Shown here: positions 1 to 7,386 of the stretch, one piece after another | Numbering within the stretch: position 1 is the first letter of the stretch | Layout: every line of letters starts with the position of its first letter | Virus record (IMG/VR): IMGVR_UViG_3300045988_092324 | Span: 1 to 34,786 of that record | Strand: one strand, 5' to 3' | Length of the DNA stretch: 34,786 nt | Origin: a virus | Made by a program: the position numbers and the translations under genes | Notes under the pieces: model-generated | The model's input: only the letters and a program-made list of their open reading frames with translations | Databases searched by the model: none | Told to the model about the DNA's origin: nothing

Positions 1-77
1 TGAACGAGTGAATAGTTCCATCCCTCGGCAGTCCCGCTGCGGTCGAGCGACGGGTCGCGGCCTTGGGATACAGAATC
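1..77. repeat. Left copy of the 77-bp terminal inverted repeat
   Basis: Read directly: 1-77 is the exact reverse complement of 34710-34786 (77/77). Identity breaks at position 78 versus 34709. Confidence 0.97.
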
Positions 78-942
78 ACCATTCCATGGCCGTGCTGTAC
101 GTATCGCTCGCCCTTGCCACGACCGTTCGAAATGACTGCAGGTAGTGGCTCATGGCAGTGTTGACCGTGCTGTGTCCCAACGCCACGGCAATGTCCTCGA
201 TGGCGGCTCCGTGCTCAAGCGAGATGGTCGCCCACGAGTGGCGCAGGCATGTCATGGGCACATGCGGCAAGTCAAAGCGGCGGCAGAAAGCGCGGAATCG
301 GCGAGCGACGGTATTCGGGTCGAGCAGACACAAACGCCCAGACCTACGCGCCCCACGTATCGCACGCAGACGTTCCAACGCAAATCGCGGCAGCTTGAGC
401 CGCCTGTCGCTGAGCTTCGTCTTGCACCCCGTCTCGACCATCTTGCCGCCGACAACGTGGAGTCCGCGCTGCACATGCACCCAGCCGCTGCGCCAGTCCA
501 CATCCTCGATTCTCACCGCACACGCCTCGCAGCGCCGCAGGCCGAGCGCGGCACCCAAGAGCACAGCGGCCTCGAATGGTTGTCCGACTATCGCCTTAAG
601 CGTCACGCGCTCTTGCTCAGCCGTGAGCGTCGGTCGGCGCACCGTGGGCTTTTTCGGCAGCTCAACCCCTTGCGTTACGTCCCAGATTCTGAGCTGATGG
701 CGGCGCAATACCCATCGGTAAATCTGGCGGAAGGTCTTGTAGGCCTTTTCCGCCGCGCCGGGAAGGTCGATTCCGTCCACCCAATCTTGTACCTGCTCGA
801 ATGTGATCGTCTCTACCTCACGCTCACCCCACTGCGGCATCAGGTGGCAGCGGATGGCGCTGCGGTAGCCCTCCAGAGTGGTTGCGCGGAGGCGCTTGCC
901 CTTGTCGGCCATGTACTCGGTTACGGCTTCTGAAAACAGCAT
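76..942 (-). CDS. Small tyrosine recombinase (XerC/D-like, 288 aa); candidate DNA invertase
   Basis: Catalytic-domain signature LGLRRCEA (Arg), GCKTK (Lys), LRHSWAT (His-x-x-Arg), LGHST (His), MSHYL (Tyr), with an N-terminal SAM-like core-binding region. The stop codon (76-78) overlaps the inverted repeat by 2 nt. Confidence 0.9.
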   Translation of the reverse strand: MLFSEAVTEYMADKGKRLRATTLEGYRSAIRCHLMPQWGEREVETITFEQVQDWVDGIDLPGAAEKAYKTFRQIYRWVLRRHQLRIWDVTQGVELPKKPTVRRPTLTAEQERVTLKAIVGQPFEAAVLLGAALGLRRCEACAVRIEDVDWRSGWVHVQRGLHVVGGKMVETGCKTKLSDRRLKLPRFALERLRAIRGARRSGRLCLLDPNTVARRFRAFCRRFDLPHVPMTCLRHSWATISLEHGAAIEDIAVALGHSTVNTAMSHYLQSFRTVVARASDTYSTAMEW

Positions 943-949
943 TTTTGGC

Positions 950-1045
950 AGCCCAATCTCTAAAAAATCCCAGACCTAACGAATGGTAGCCCGCCGCGTT
1001 ACGTCTGGGATTAATTGCTTGCAGCGGGCGGCGGAGCCCAATCTC
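950..1045. promoter_or_regulatory. Divergent intergenic control region: 11-bp direct repeat flanking a 10-bp inverted repeat
   Basis: AGCCCAATCTC occurs at 950-960 and 1035-1045. AATCCCAGAC at 966-975 pairs with GTCTGGGATT at 1003-1012. The region lies between the recombinase gene (-) and the lysis cassette (+). Confidence 0.4.
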
Positions 1046-1094
1046 ACGCCGCCCGTAGGATGGCGCGGAAAGCGAGAGGAAAGGAGGGTCGAGC

Positions 1095-1433
1095 GTGGAA
1101 TCACTGGTGGCCATCGCCATAACCGACATCGTCTCGTGCGTCGTGGCGGCGTGCGTCGCGTCGGTCGTGGCCACCGTCAAGGCCCAGGGGCGGAAGGTGT
1201 CCGAGAGGTCCGAGCGGGAGCGCGTGGAGTCCGAGGCCATGAAGGCCGGGATGCGGGCGTTGCTCTGGGCTGAGCTCCAACGTATCCACGAGAGAGCGAC
1301 GGCGCAGGGCGGCCTGACCGTCGAGGAGCGCCGCCACCTGGAAAGCGTCTACGCCGCCTATCACGGGCTAGGTGGCAACGGTACCGGCACGCGCCTGTAC
1401 ACGGACGCGATGAACATGCCCGTACTCGATTAG
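1095..1433 (+). CDS. Membrane-anchored protein, first gene of the lysis cassette (function unknown)
   Basis: GTG start preceded by AGGAGG. N-terminal hydrophobic helix (LVAIAITDIVSCVVAACVASVVATV) followed by a charged helical domain. Sits directly upstream of the holin. Confidence 0.6.
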   Translation: MESLVAIAITDIVSCVVAACVASVVATVKAQGRKVSERSERERVESEAMKAGMRALLWAELQRIHERATAQGGLTVEERRHLESVYAAYHGLGGNGTGTRLYTDAMNMPVLD

Positions 1434-1445
1434 GAGGAGGAATCA

Positions 1446-1676
1446 ATGACCAGAGACGAGATCGTCAAGAAGCTGACGAGCCGAAAGTTCTGGCTGTGCA
1501 CGGCTGCCTTCTTGGGCTCCGTCGCGACCAGCGTTGCCGGCATCGCCACGGACAACCAGACCGTCGCCGCCATCGGCACGGTGTGCGGGGTCGCGAGCGC
1601 GGCCATCTATGCAGCGGCCGAGCAGGCCGTGGACGCCGCGCGACTCAAGGCGGGAGGCGAGCATGACGGAGACTAA
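1446..1676 (+). CDS. Holin (two predicted transmembrane helices, charged C-terminus)
   Basis: 76 aa. RBS is AGGAGGAGG 5 nt upstream. Hydrophobic segments are FWLCTAAFLGSVATSVAGIA and VAAIGTVCGVASAAIYAAA. The 3' end overlaps the endolysin start. Confidence 0.75.
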   Translation: MTRDEIVKKLTSRKFWLCTAAFLGSVATSVAGIATDNQTVAAIGTVCGVASAAIYAAAEQAVDAARLKAGGEHDGD

Positions 1677-2802
1677 CGCCGGGCCCAAGCGCAAGCTGCC
1701 GATGCGCAGCGTTTTTGCAATCGTCCTCGCGCTCGTCGCGGCCCTCGCCGCCCCGTGCGGAGCCGAGGCGTACCAGAGTGTCGACAAGTACGTTAGCAGC
1801 GGCCACGGCTACCTCAATGCGAGCTACCTCGTCATCCACGAGACAGCGAACCCCGGCGCGAGCGCCTACAACCACACGCTGCTCTGGTCGCGCGACGATA
1901 CCTACGCCGTCCATCACGTGATGGAGCTGGACGGCTCCACCGTGTACAACACCGTGCCCGAGAACCGCCTTTGCTGGCATGTCGGTAACGGCAATTACGC
2001 CACGATCGGCATCGAGCTGGCGCACGCCACCAACGCCTCCGATTTCGCAAAGCAGTGGAATGAAGCCGTGAAGTGGGCTGGCGACGAACTCCGCTCTCGC
2101 GGCTGGGATACGTCCCGCCTTTTGAGCCACTACGAAGCGGCTCAGCGCTGGGGCGGGTCCGATCACACCGACCCGAATGGCTATTTCGCCCAGTACGGCA
2201 AGTCGTGGTGGGAGTTCAAGCAGGCGGTCGCAGCCTATCTCGGCAGCGGTTATGTCGCTCCCATCGCGCCGACTGACGGCAACGGCGGCACGTATGCCCC
2301 GTCGACGTCCGCCGGTCGCACCAAGTTCCCCAAGTCTACCGGCGCGTCCGTCAATATCCACTACGCTTTGCACAATCGTGGCGGCGGATGGAATGATGTC
2401 GTTACCAACTTCGACGACAGCACCAGCGAGGGTTTCGCCGGCGTACCCTATGGATCGCACGACATGCTCATCGCCTGGGTGGATTCTGGCACCCTCATGT
2501 ACCGCGTCCACACCAAGGAGAGCGGCTGGCTCGACTACGTCCAGACCGCCAATTACGGTGACTCCGTCAATGGCATGGCGGGCTTGTGGGGCCAGACTAT
2601 CGACGGCGTGAAGATGTGCTACATCACCCCGTCTGGCGAGTACAAGCAGGTCTACTACCGTAGCCAGGACGTTGCCCACGCTGGCTACTGGGACGAGGTC
2701 TGCGATGATGGATCCACCTACGGCGGCGATGACTACGCAGGCATGTACGGCTATGCGCTCGATCGTCTGCAGTGCTACGTGTCCGACGGTACCCGCCGAT
2801 AA
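1663..2802 (+). CDS. Endolysin: N-acetylmuramoyl-L-alanine amidase (Amidase_2/PGRP type) with N-terminal signal peptide and C-terminal putative wall-binding domain
   Basis: An in-frame ATG at 1663 with GGGAGG upstream was chosen over the track start at 1534, whose N-terminus is Arg/Pro-rich. Signal-like N-terminus [28 protein letters not shown]. Amidase_2-like motifs are [27 protein letters not shown] and [17 protein letters not shown]. Confidence 0.85.
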
Positions 2803-2910
2803 TCGCGCTGGCGTTCGTCCTCGGCGCGCTTTTCGGCGGCACCGTGGCAACAATCGGGCTGTGTCTCGTGAGCATCAACCGGCGCTAGCGGCCGCGGGCG
2901 ATAGCAACAG

Positions 2911-2950
2911 AAAGGGGCCGTGGCGGTTCGTCGCCACGGCCCCTTTCTCT
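2911..2950. terminator. Strong bidirectional intrinsic terminator after the lysis cassette
   Basis: Perfect 15-bp stem, AAAGGGGCCGTGGCG (2911-2925) with CGCCACGGCCCCTTT (2932-2946), and a 6-nt loop. T-rich tracts follow it on both strands. Confidence 0.85.
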
Positions 2951-3139
2951 TATCCCTCGAATATCCCAAGTGGGCGCAAAACCCTAAGTACGGTCAGCTT
3001 ATTGCGGCACTGTCAGCGAGTTTTGCCTGATGGTCAGCATCAATAGCGAGCTGCGGCAAACTGTCTCAGTACTGCCACAACTAACAGTAGGGCTTCTACC
3101 TGCGGGTTTGCGGGGGATTATCCTAACTTGTCCCAAGTG
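2950..3139. other. Candidate attP region next to the integrase 3' end
   Basis: About 170 bp non-coding between the terminator and the int stop. Imperfect direct repeats TTATCC(N7-8)TCCCAAGTG occur at 2950-2972 and 3117-3139. GGTCAGC and TGCGGCA motifs are also repeated inside. The position is classic for attP. Confidence 0.4.
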
Positions 3140-4250
3140 CGTCGAAGACGGCGCGGACGACCTGCTCGGCGGTGGGGCGGATGTAGTGCCTGCCCGACAC
3201 GCCGGGGAGGGCGTGGCCCATCAGCATCTCTATGAGGTCCCACGGCAGGCGAAGCTCGACCTCCGCTATCGTACGCCACGAGTTGCGGAGGTTCGACCAC
3301 GGGATGTGCTCAATGCCGCGGGCGGCGCAGAGTTTCCGCCAGCGGTCGTTGCATATGCCCCGGTTCATGGGCAGCCCGTCGCCCCGGTCGCTCAGCCACT
3401 CGCGGCCCTCGGCGGCGCGGGCGGCCGCTATCTCGACGAGGCGGTCGGCGGCCTGTGGCAAGATCACGATGGTGCGGGCGGACTTGGCGGTCTTGAGGGC
3501 GCCCACCGGCTCGGTGCCGGACTGCTGCATTTGGCGGCAGATGTCGGCGGAGGCGAGGACGGTGCCGCTACGCTCCCAGCGCAGTACCTCCTCGGTGCGG
3601 ACGCCCAGCGACTCGCCCGAGCGGCAGGAGCCGAAGCACGCGAGGATGAACGCGGGCTCCAGGGGGTTGCCGCGCAGTGCGTCGAGGACGCCCAGGGCCT
3701 CGTCGAGGGTGTAGACGCGCTTTGAGCGCTCGCGGGTCTTGCGGGTGGGCATGGTGTACCTGACGCTGGCGGCGAACGGGTCGAGCGGCAGGCGGATGAA
3801 GGTCGAGACGCAGGCATAGACCTTGCGCAGGGTGAGCAGGGCGGTGTCGGCGGTGGCGGCGGGCAGCGTCAGCAGCCACCCCTGCAGCTCGACGGCGCGC
3901 AGCTGGTCGACGGGCGCCTGCCCCCAGCGGGGTCCGACGTAGTTCCTCCACGAGCGCAGTACGAGGTCGCGGGTGTTGGGGGCGAGCGTCCCCGCCTCGA
4001 CCTGTGCGGCCATCTTGGGGACGAGCCACGTCTCGTAGGCCTTGGCTATGGTGGGCACGGGGACGTCGTCGGCGTGCTCGACGTGGATGCGGTCGAGTTC
4101 CGCGCACGCCTCGCGGTAGGTGCCGTACACGGTCTTGGTCTTGCGCCTGCGGCCCTGCGGCGTGTTCTGCATCCAGCGCAGGACGTACTTCTTGCCGCGC
4201 CTCATCTCGGTCACGGAGCCCCAGACGCGGCGGCGCTGCTTCTTTGTCAT
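3123..4250 (-). CDS. int: Phage integrase (tyrosine recombinase, 375 aa)
   Basis: Basic N-terminal arm-type region (MTKKQRRRVWGSVTEMRRGKKYVLRW). Catalytic signature CRSGE (Arg), LKTAKS (Lys), LRNSWRT, MGHALPG (His), GRHY (Tyr). Confidence 0.92.
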   Translation of the reverse strand: MTKKQRRRVWGSVTEMRRGKKYVLRWMQNTPQGRRRKTKTVYGTYREACAELDRIHVEHADDVPVPTIAKAYETWLVPKMAAQVEAGTLAPNTRDLVLRSWRNYVGPRWGQAPVDQLRAVELQGWLLTLPAATADTALLTLRKVYACVSTFIRLPLDPFAASVRYTMPTRKTRERSKRVYTLDEALGVLDALRGNPLEPAFILACFGSCRSGESLGVRTEEVLRWERSGTVLASADICRQMQQSGTEPVGALKTAKSARTIVILPQAADRLVEIAAARAAEGREWLSDRGDGLPMNRGICNDRWRKLCAARGIEHIPWSNLRNSWRTIAEVELRLPWDLIEMLMGHALPGVSGRHYIRPTAEQVVRAVFDALGTS

Positions 4251-4306
4251 ATAATCAGATCCGTTCAGATCGCGGGCTTATTCTCCGTTTCGCCCGGTTC
4301 TGACTC
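4251..4306. repeat. Direct repeat copy A (about 56 bp), immediately 5' of the int start codon
   Basis: ATAATCAGATCCGTTCAGAT is identical (20/20) to 4941-4960. Overall about 51 matches over about 58 aligned columns to 4941-4995. Confidence 0.9.
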
Positions 4307-4350
4307 CGGCCCCGTCTCACGTTCCAAAGTGCAGGGGCCGTCTCCTTAGT

Positions 4351-4390
4351 CTCGGGGCCGCGGCATCAGCCTACGGCCCCGAGATTTTTC
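4351..4390 (+). terminator. Hairpin plus T-tract (plus-strand orientation) between int and the upstream minus-strand gene
   Basis: CTCGGGGCC (4351-4359) pairs with GGCCCCGAG (4375-4383), followed by ATTTTTC. A second hairpin is CGGCCCC 4307-4313 with GGGGCCG 4334-4340. Confidence 0.5.
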
Positions 4391-4411
4391 GCTTTCATGG
4401 GCATCACCTCC

Positions 4412-4813
4412 CTAACCGATGATGAGCGCTGTCGCTATGGCACCGGCGAAAGCGCCGACGATTGCGCCAACTGAAGCCATCAGCAGGTCTCGCACGAGCT
4501 TGCCTCTTTCGTCCTGCTTTTGGCGCTTTGCCCACGCATCCCTTCTCTTCTCGTATTCGGCCTTGTCGGATGCGTAGGACTTCCCCTTGGGCGTTATCTC
4601 CCACTTAGCGTACTGTCGGAAGTAAAAGACCAGATCGCGGACATAGCCAAGTTCCTCGAGCTCGGCGGCGTTCTCTCGGCTGTCGAACCCGCCCTCATCG
4701 ACCATCTTCGCCAAGGTCGTCTCAAGCCGGGTCGGCAACGGGGTGAAGCCGTACGGATCTGCATAGCCCGAGAAGTCGGGCTCGGAACGGAAGGGGTTTT
4801 CGATATGAATCAT
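4412..4813 (-). CDS. Tail-anchored membrane protein (133 aa), function unknown; moron-like
   Basis: Start moved to the internal ATG at 4813 (MIHIENPF...), which has GAGAGGAG 4 nt upstream. C-terminal hydrophobic helix LLMASVGAIVGAFAGAIATALIIG. GC content is visibly lower than neighbouring genes. Confidence 0.65.
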   Translation of the reverse strand: MIHIENPFRSEPDFSGYADPYGFTPLPTRLETTLAKMVDEGGFDSRENAAELEELGYVRDLVFYFRQYAKWEITPKGKSYASDKAEYEKRRDAWAKRQKQDERGKLVRDLLMASVGAIVGAFAGAIATALIIG

Positions 4814-4900
4814 GACACTCCTCTCTACAGGTATCTGCTCGATTTTCTGGTCGGCTTTCTCATCGGCTTCGTCGTGACCTGCGTGCTGCTCGGGGTCTAC

Positions 4901-4926
4901 TAAAGGCATCGAATTCGACGCCTTTA
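4901..4926. repeat. 26-bp near-perfect palindrome centred on GAATTC
   Basis: TAAAGGCATCGAA/TTCGACGCCTTTA, 12 of 13 pairs. Lies between repeat copy B and the membrane-protein gene. Possible operator or hairpin. Confidence 0.6.
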
Positions 4927-4940
4927 AAGTCGGCGCTCCT

Positions 4941-4995
4941 ATAATCAGATCCGTTCAGATAGCGGGCCCTATTCTTCGTTTCGCTCGGTTCTCTC
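4941..4995. repeat. Direct repeat copy B (about 55 bp)
   Basis: Aligned by eye to 4251-4306. The first 20 nt are identical, then there are point differences and two short indels. Confidence 0.9.
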
Positions 4996-5107
4996 CACAA
5001 CGTGTTCGGTTTACTTTTACTGCCGCTGAGGCATAATAAGGACGAGCCCTTTGCTTAAAGCTCAGGACCTGGCCGCACCTCGGGGCCCGAAATCCGGGGT
5101 TTTTTCT

Positions 5108-6397
5108 TTAGGCGAGCGGGTGGAAAATGCCCCTCTCGCGCAACTTCTCGCTCGTCCGGTACTGTTCGGCGTCGGGCACGCTGTGGAACTCGACGGTCTT
5201 GTCGTAGTTCGCCTTGACGACCTCCTCGATCTCATCGAGCGACACGCGGAAGAACTCCCTGCGCTGGTTGACTATGTTCACCTTCCTGTCCTCGAAGGCC
5301 CGGTGCAGCGCTGCCTCGAGCTTCGGGGCGTCATCGCAGAAGATGAGCGCGTGCACGTCGAAATTGAACGGGACGGACGCGTCTCCGAGCTCGCGGATGC
5401 GGTCCATCGGCTCAAGGCGCCTCGTCATCCCGATCTTGTAGACGCCCTCACCGAATGAGCCGATGTTGGAGATTACGTATACGAAGCCCGCCTTCTGGTT
5501 CGCCTCTCGGTAATCGACATCCGACACCGCCCTGTCCACGTCGTCGAGCTTCGCCTTGAGCTCAGCGGCCTTCTCCTCGAGATCGGCGCGCTCGTCGTCG
5601 CCGGCATCCTTCAGGCGTGCCGAGACGTCCTTGTACGCCTTGAGGTACTGGGAGCGCTCCTTCTCGAGCTTCTTGCGCTCGGCCGCTATCTCGCGCTCGA
5701 GTTTCCGGGCCTCGCGCTCCTGCTCGCGGGCCTCGCGCAGCGCCTCCTTCTCCTCCTCTTTCTCCTGTGCGAACTCGAAGGCCAGCTGGACCTCCTCCTG
5801 CTTGAGGAGGACGTATGCGGCGGGGATGGATATGCCGAGGGTCTTGCCGTTGCGGTTGATGGCCGCGGCCGACTTCTCGATTCTCTCGAGCGAGCGCTCG
5901 ACGTTGGTCGCCTTGACCTTGCGCACGATTTCGTCGCACTCGCCGTTGTACGCCATCATGAGCAGCTTCGAGATTTCGCGGACCATCGCCTTGCCCTTCG
6001 AGGCGCTGCCGTTGACCGTCCAGGACGTCTTGTCCGCGGCCTTGCTGAAGCTCTTGACGGCCTCCTTCTGTTTCCTGCGGCATCGGTCGAGGGCGTCCTT
6101 GTAGTGAGTCGAGTCGGCGAAGTCGAAGCGCGGGCGGTACAGGCCGAACTCCTCGACCAGCAGCTCGTCATCGAGGACGCGCGACTTGGACTCCTTTGCC
6201 TTGACGATGGCATCCAGTTTGCCGTTCTGCTTCTCCAGCTTCTCGAGCGAGGCCCTCTCCTCCTCGATTCTCTTCCTGAGGCCCTCGGCCTCGCGCCTGA
6301 GCCTATCCGCGTCCGCCATCTCCGGCGTGAGCATGGACTCGAGCTCCTCTACCCGCTGCTTGTACTCGGTCGCCTTGAACATGTCCCTGAAAGCCAT
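5108..6397 (-). CDS. DUF4041 plus T5orf172 (GIY-YIG-like, MUG113) domain protein; candidate phage-defence or superinfection-exclusion nuclease
   Basis: 429 aa. N-terminal coiled coil. Central block ...WTVNGSASKGKAMVREISKLLMMAYNGECDEIVRKVKATNVE... is typical of DUF4041. The C-terminus GFVYVISNIGSFGEGVYKIGMTRRLEPMDRIRELGDASVPFNFDVHALIF...REFFRVSLDEI is typical of T5orf172. Confidence 0.8.
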   Translation of the reverse strand: MAFRDMFKATEYKQRVEELESMLTPEMADADRLRREAEGLRKRIEEERASLEKLEKQNGKLDAIVKAKESKSRVLDDELLVEEFGLYRPRFDFADSTHYKDALDRCRRKQKEAVKSFSKAADKTSWTVNGSASKGKAMVREISKLLMMAYNGECDEIVRKVKATNVERSLERIEKSAAAINRNGKTLGISIPAAYVLLKQEEVQLAFEFAQEKEEEKEALREAREQEREARKLEREIAAERKKLEKERSQYLKAYKDVSARLKDAGDDERADLEEKAAELKAKLDDVDRAVSDVDYREANQKAGFVYVISNIGSFGEGVYKIGMTRRLEPMDRIRELGDASVPFNFDVHALIFCDDAPKLEAALHRAFEDRKVNIVNQRREFFRVSLDEIEEVVKANYDKTVEFHSVPDAEQYRTSEKLRERGIFHPLA

Positions 6398-6415
6398 CGG
6401 TTCGCCTTTCTGTCT

Positions 6416-7051
6416 CTAATACCTTTTGACCTCGCTGGCCTGGTGCCACTTGACGACGCCGCGGAAGCTCACGCTGGCGTTCTCCGGATCGTCGAACACT
6501 ATGTCGGTGTAGCCGTCCTCGTAGCTGTCCGGCGACAGCACGAGGGTCGACGCCCCGCGGTAGTAGCTTCTAAGGATCATCTCGCCGTTGTACTCGGCCG
6601 CCACGGCGTCGCCGTTGCGCGGTTCGCACCTGGGGGAGAGCAGTGCGTTCTCGCCGTCGGCAAACCTGCGATTCATGCATGAGCCGCGCACGCGCATGAG
6701 GTAGGCGTCCGGGTCGTTGACGCGCTCGAGGACTGAGATCGGCACGTCAGCGACCTCGTCGGGACCGAATTCGTCGGTGAACTCGCCTGCGTGCCCGGCG
6801 ACGAGCACGGGCAGGGTCACGTACTGGGCGCCGTTGGGGCGCACGGCCTCCGTGGCGTCCTCTCCCATGAGGTCGGCTACCGTCGTGTTGAAGAGGTCGG
6901 CGAGTTGACGAAGGATAGGCGTCCTCGGCGTGGCGCGCCCGCTTTCCCACTGACTTACCGACGAGTAGGTAAGACCGAGCTTGTCCGCCAACTCTGCCTG
7001 CGTGAGGCCCAGCTCGTCGCGGTGTGCGCGAATCTTTTTCCCGAGGTCCAT
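6416..7051 (-). CDS. CI-like repressor: XRE-family HTH fused to an S24 (LexA-like) autopeptidase domain
   Basis: N-terminus IRAHRDELGLTQAELADKLGLTYSSVSQWESGR (HTH_3). The C-terminal domain has a GSCM Ser motif and a downstream Lys (VVKW). Divergent from a cro-like gene. Confidence 0.9.
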   Translation of the reverse strand: MDLGKKIRAHRDELGLTQAELADKLGLTYSSVSQWESGRATPRTPILRQLADLFNTTVADLMGEDATEAVRPNGAQYVTLPVLVAGHAGEFTDEFGPDEVADVPISVLERVNDPDAYLMRVRGSCMNRRFADGENALLSPRCEPRNGDAVAAEYNGEMILRSYYRGASTLVLSPDSYEDGYTDIVFDDPENASVSFRGVVKWHQASEVKRY

Positions 7052-7158
7052 CTTTTCACCCCTTTAGGTAAATTACAATTTCCCTTTAATTTTATTAAAA
7101 AAGTAGTTTGAATTATCTTGAATGTGTTGTAATATGATTACAGCGAAAGGAGGACGGG
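7052..7158. promoter_or_regulatory. AT-rich divergent immunity switch region with operator-like palindromes and a sigma70-like rightward promoter
   Basis: TTGAAT (7108-7113), a 16-nt spacer, then TAATAT (7130-7135). A perfect palindrome TGTAAT-ATG-ATTACA (7128-7142) overlaps the -10. A related dyad GTAA-A-TTAC is at 7068-7076. The RBS AAAGGAGG precedes the ATG at 7159. Confidence 0.7.
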
Positions 7159-7356
7159 ATGACAGAAACGTTGAGAGAGGTCCGAGAGCGCAAGGGCGTC
7201 AAAAAGGGCGCCGTAGCCGAGGCGATGGGCGTCACTTACCCCACCTATCAGCGGTATGAGGAGACGAACCGAATGCCCACCGACGCATTCGACGCGGCCT
7301 GCCGCTTCTTGGGCGTCTCGCGAGATTCTATTTTTTTGGCCAACGACTTGAATTAA
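7159..7356 (+). CDS. Cro-like XRE-family HTH regulator (65 aa)
   Basis: VRERKGVKKGAVAEAMGVTYPTYQRYEE HTH pattern. Strong RBS. Divergent from the repressor gene. Confidence 0.85.
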   Translation: MTETLREVRERKGVKKGAVAEAMGVTYPTYQRYEETNRMPTDAFDAACRFLGVSRDSIFLANDLN

Positions 7357-7386
7357 ATTAAAGTCACAAACGAAACGGAGAGAACT

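Noticed and set aside
1-77. Interpretation of the terminal inverted repeat as hairpin telomeres of a linear N15-like plasmid-prophage, with the adjacent recombinase as protelomerase.
   Set aside because: The recombinase is a 288-aa Xer-like enzyme, far smaller than known protelomerases. The right end would also truncate a fibre ORF with no stop codon. This cannot be fully excluded without read-level data.
1534-1662. Upstream extension of the endolysin ORF overlapping most of the holin gene.
   Set aside because: The extension is Arg/Pro/Ser-rich and occupies the holin coding region in another frame. The ATG at 1663 has an RBS and yields a classic signal peptide.
2950-3122. Search for tRNA genes or tRNA 3' fragments in the larger intergenic regions (2950-3122, 8361-8646, 17364-17485).
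   Set aside because: No cloverleaf could be folded and no GTTCGAATC-type T-loop or matching acceptor stems were seen.
4814-4909. N-terminal 32-codon extension of the membrane-protein ORF (track start 4909).
   Set aside because: The extension is acidic and His-rich with no RBS, whereas the internal ATG at 4813 has GAGAGGAG at ideal spacing.
5075-5100. T7 tract after CCCGAAATCCGGGG downstream of the DUF4041 gene, considered as a terminator.
   Set aside because: The stem is only 4-5 bp. The T-tract is on the + strand, where no upstream gene exists. It is too weak to call.
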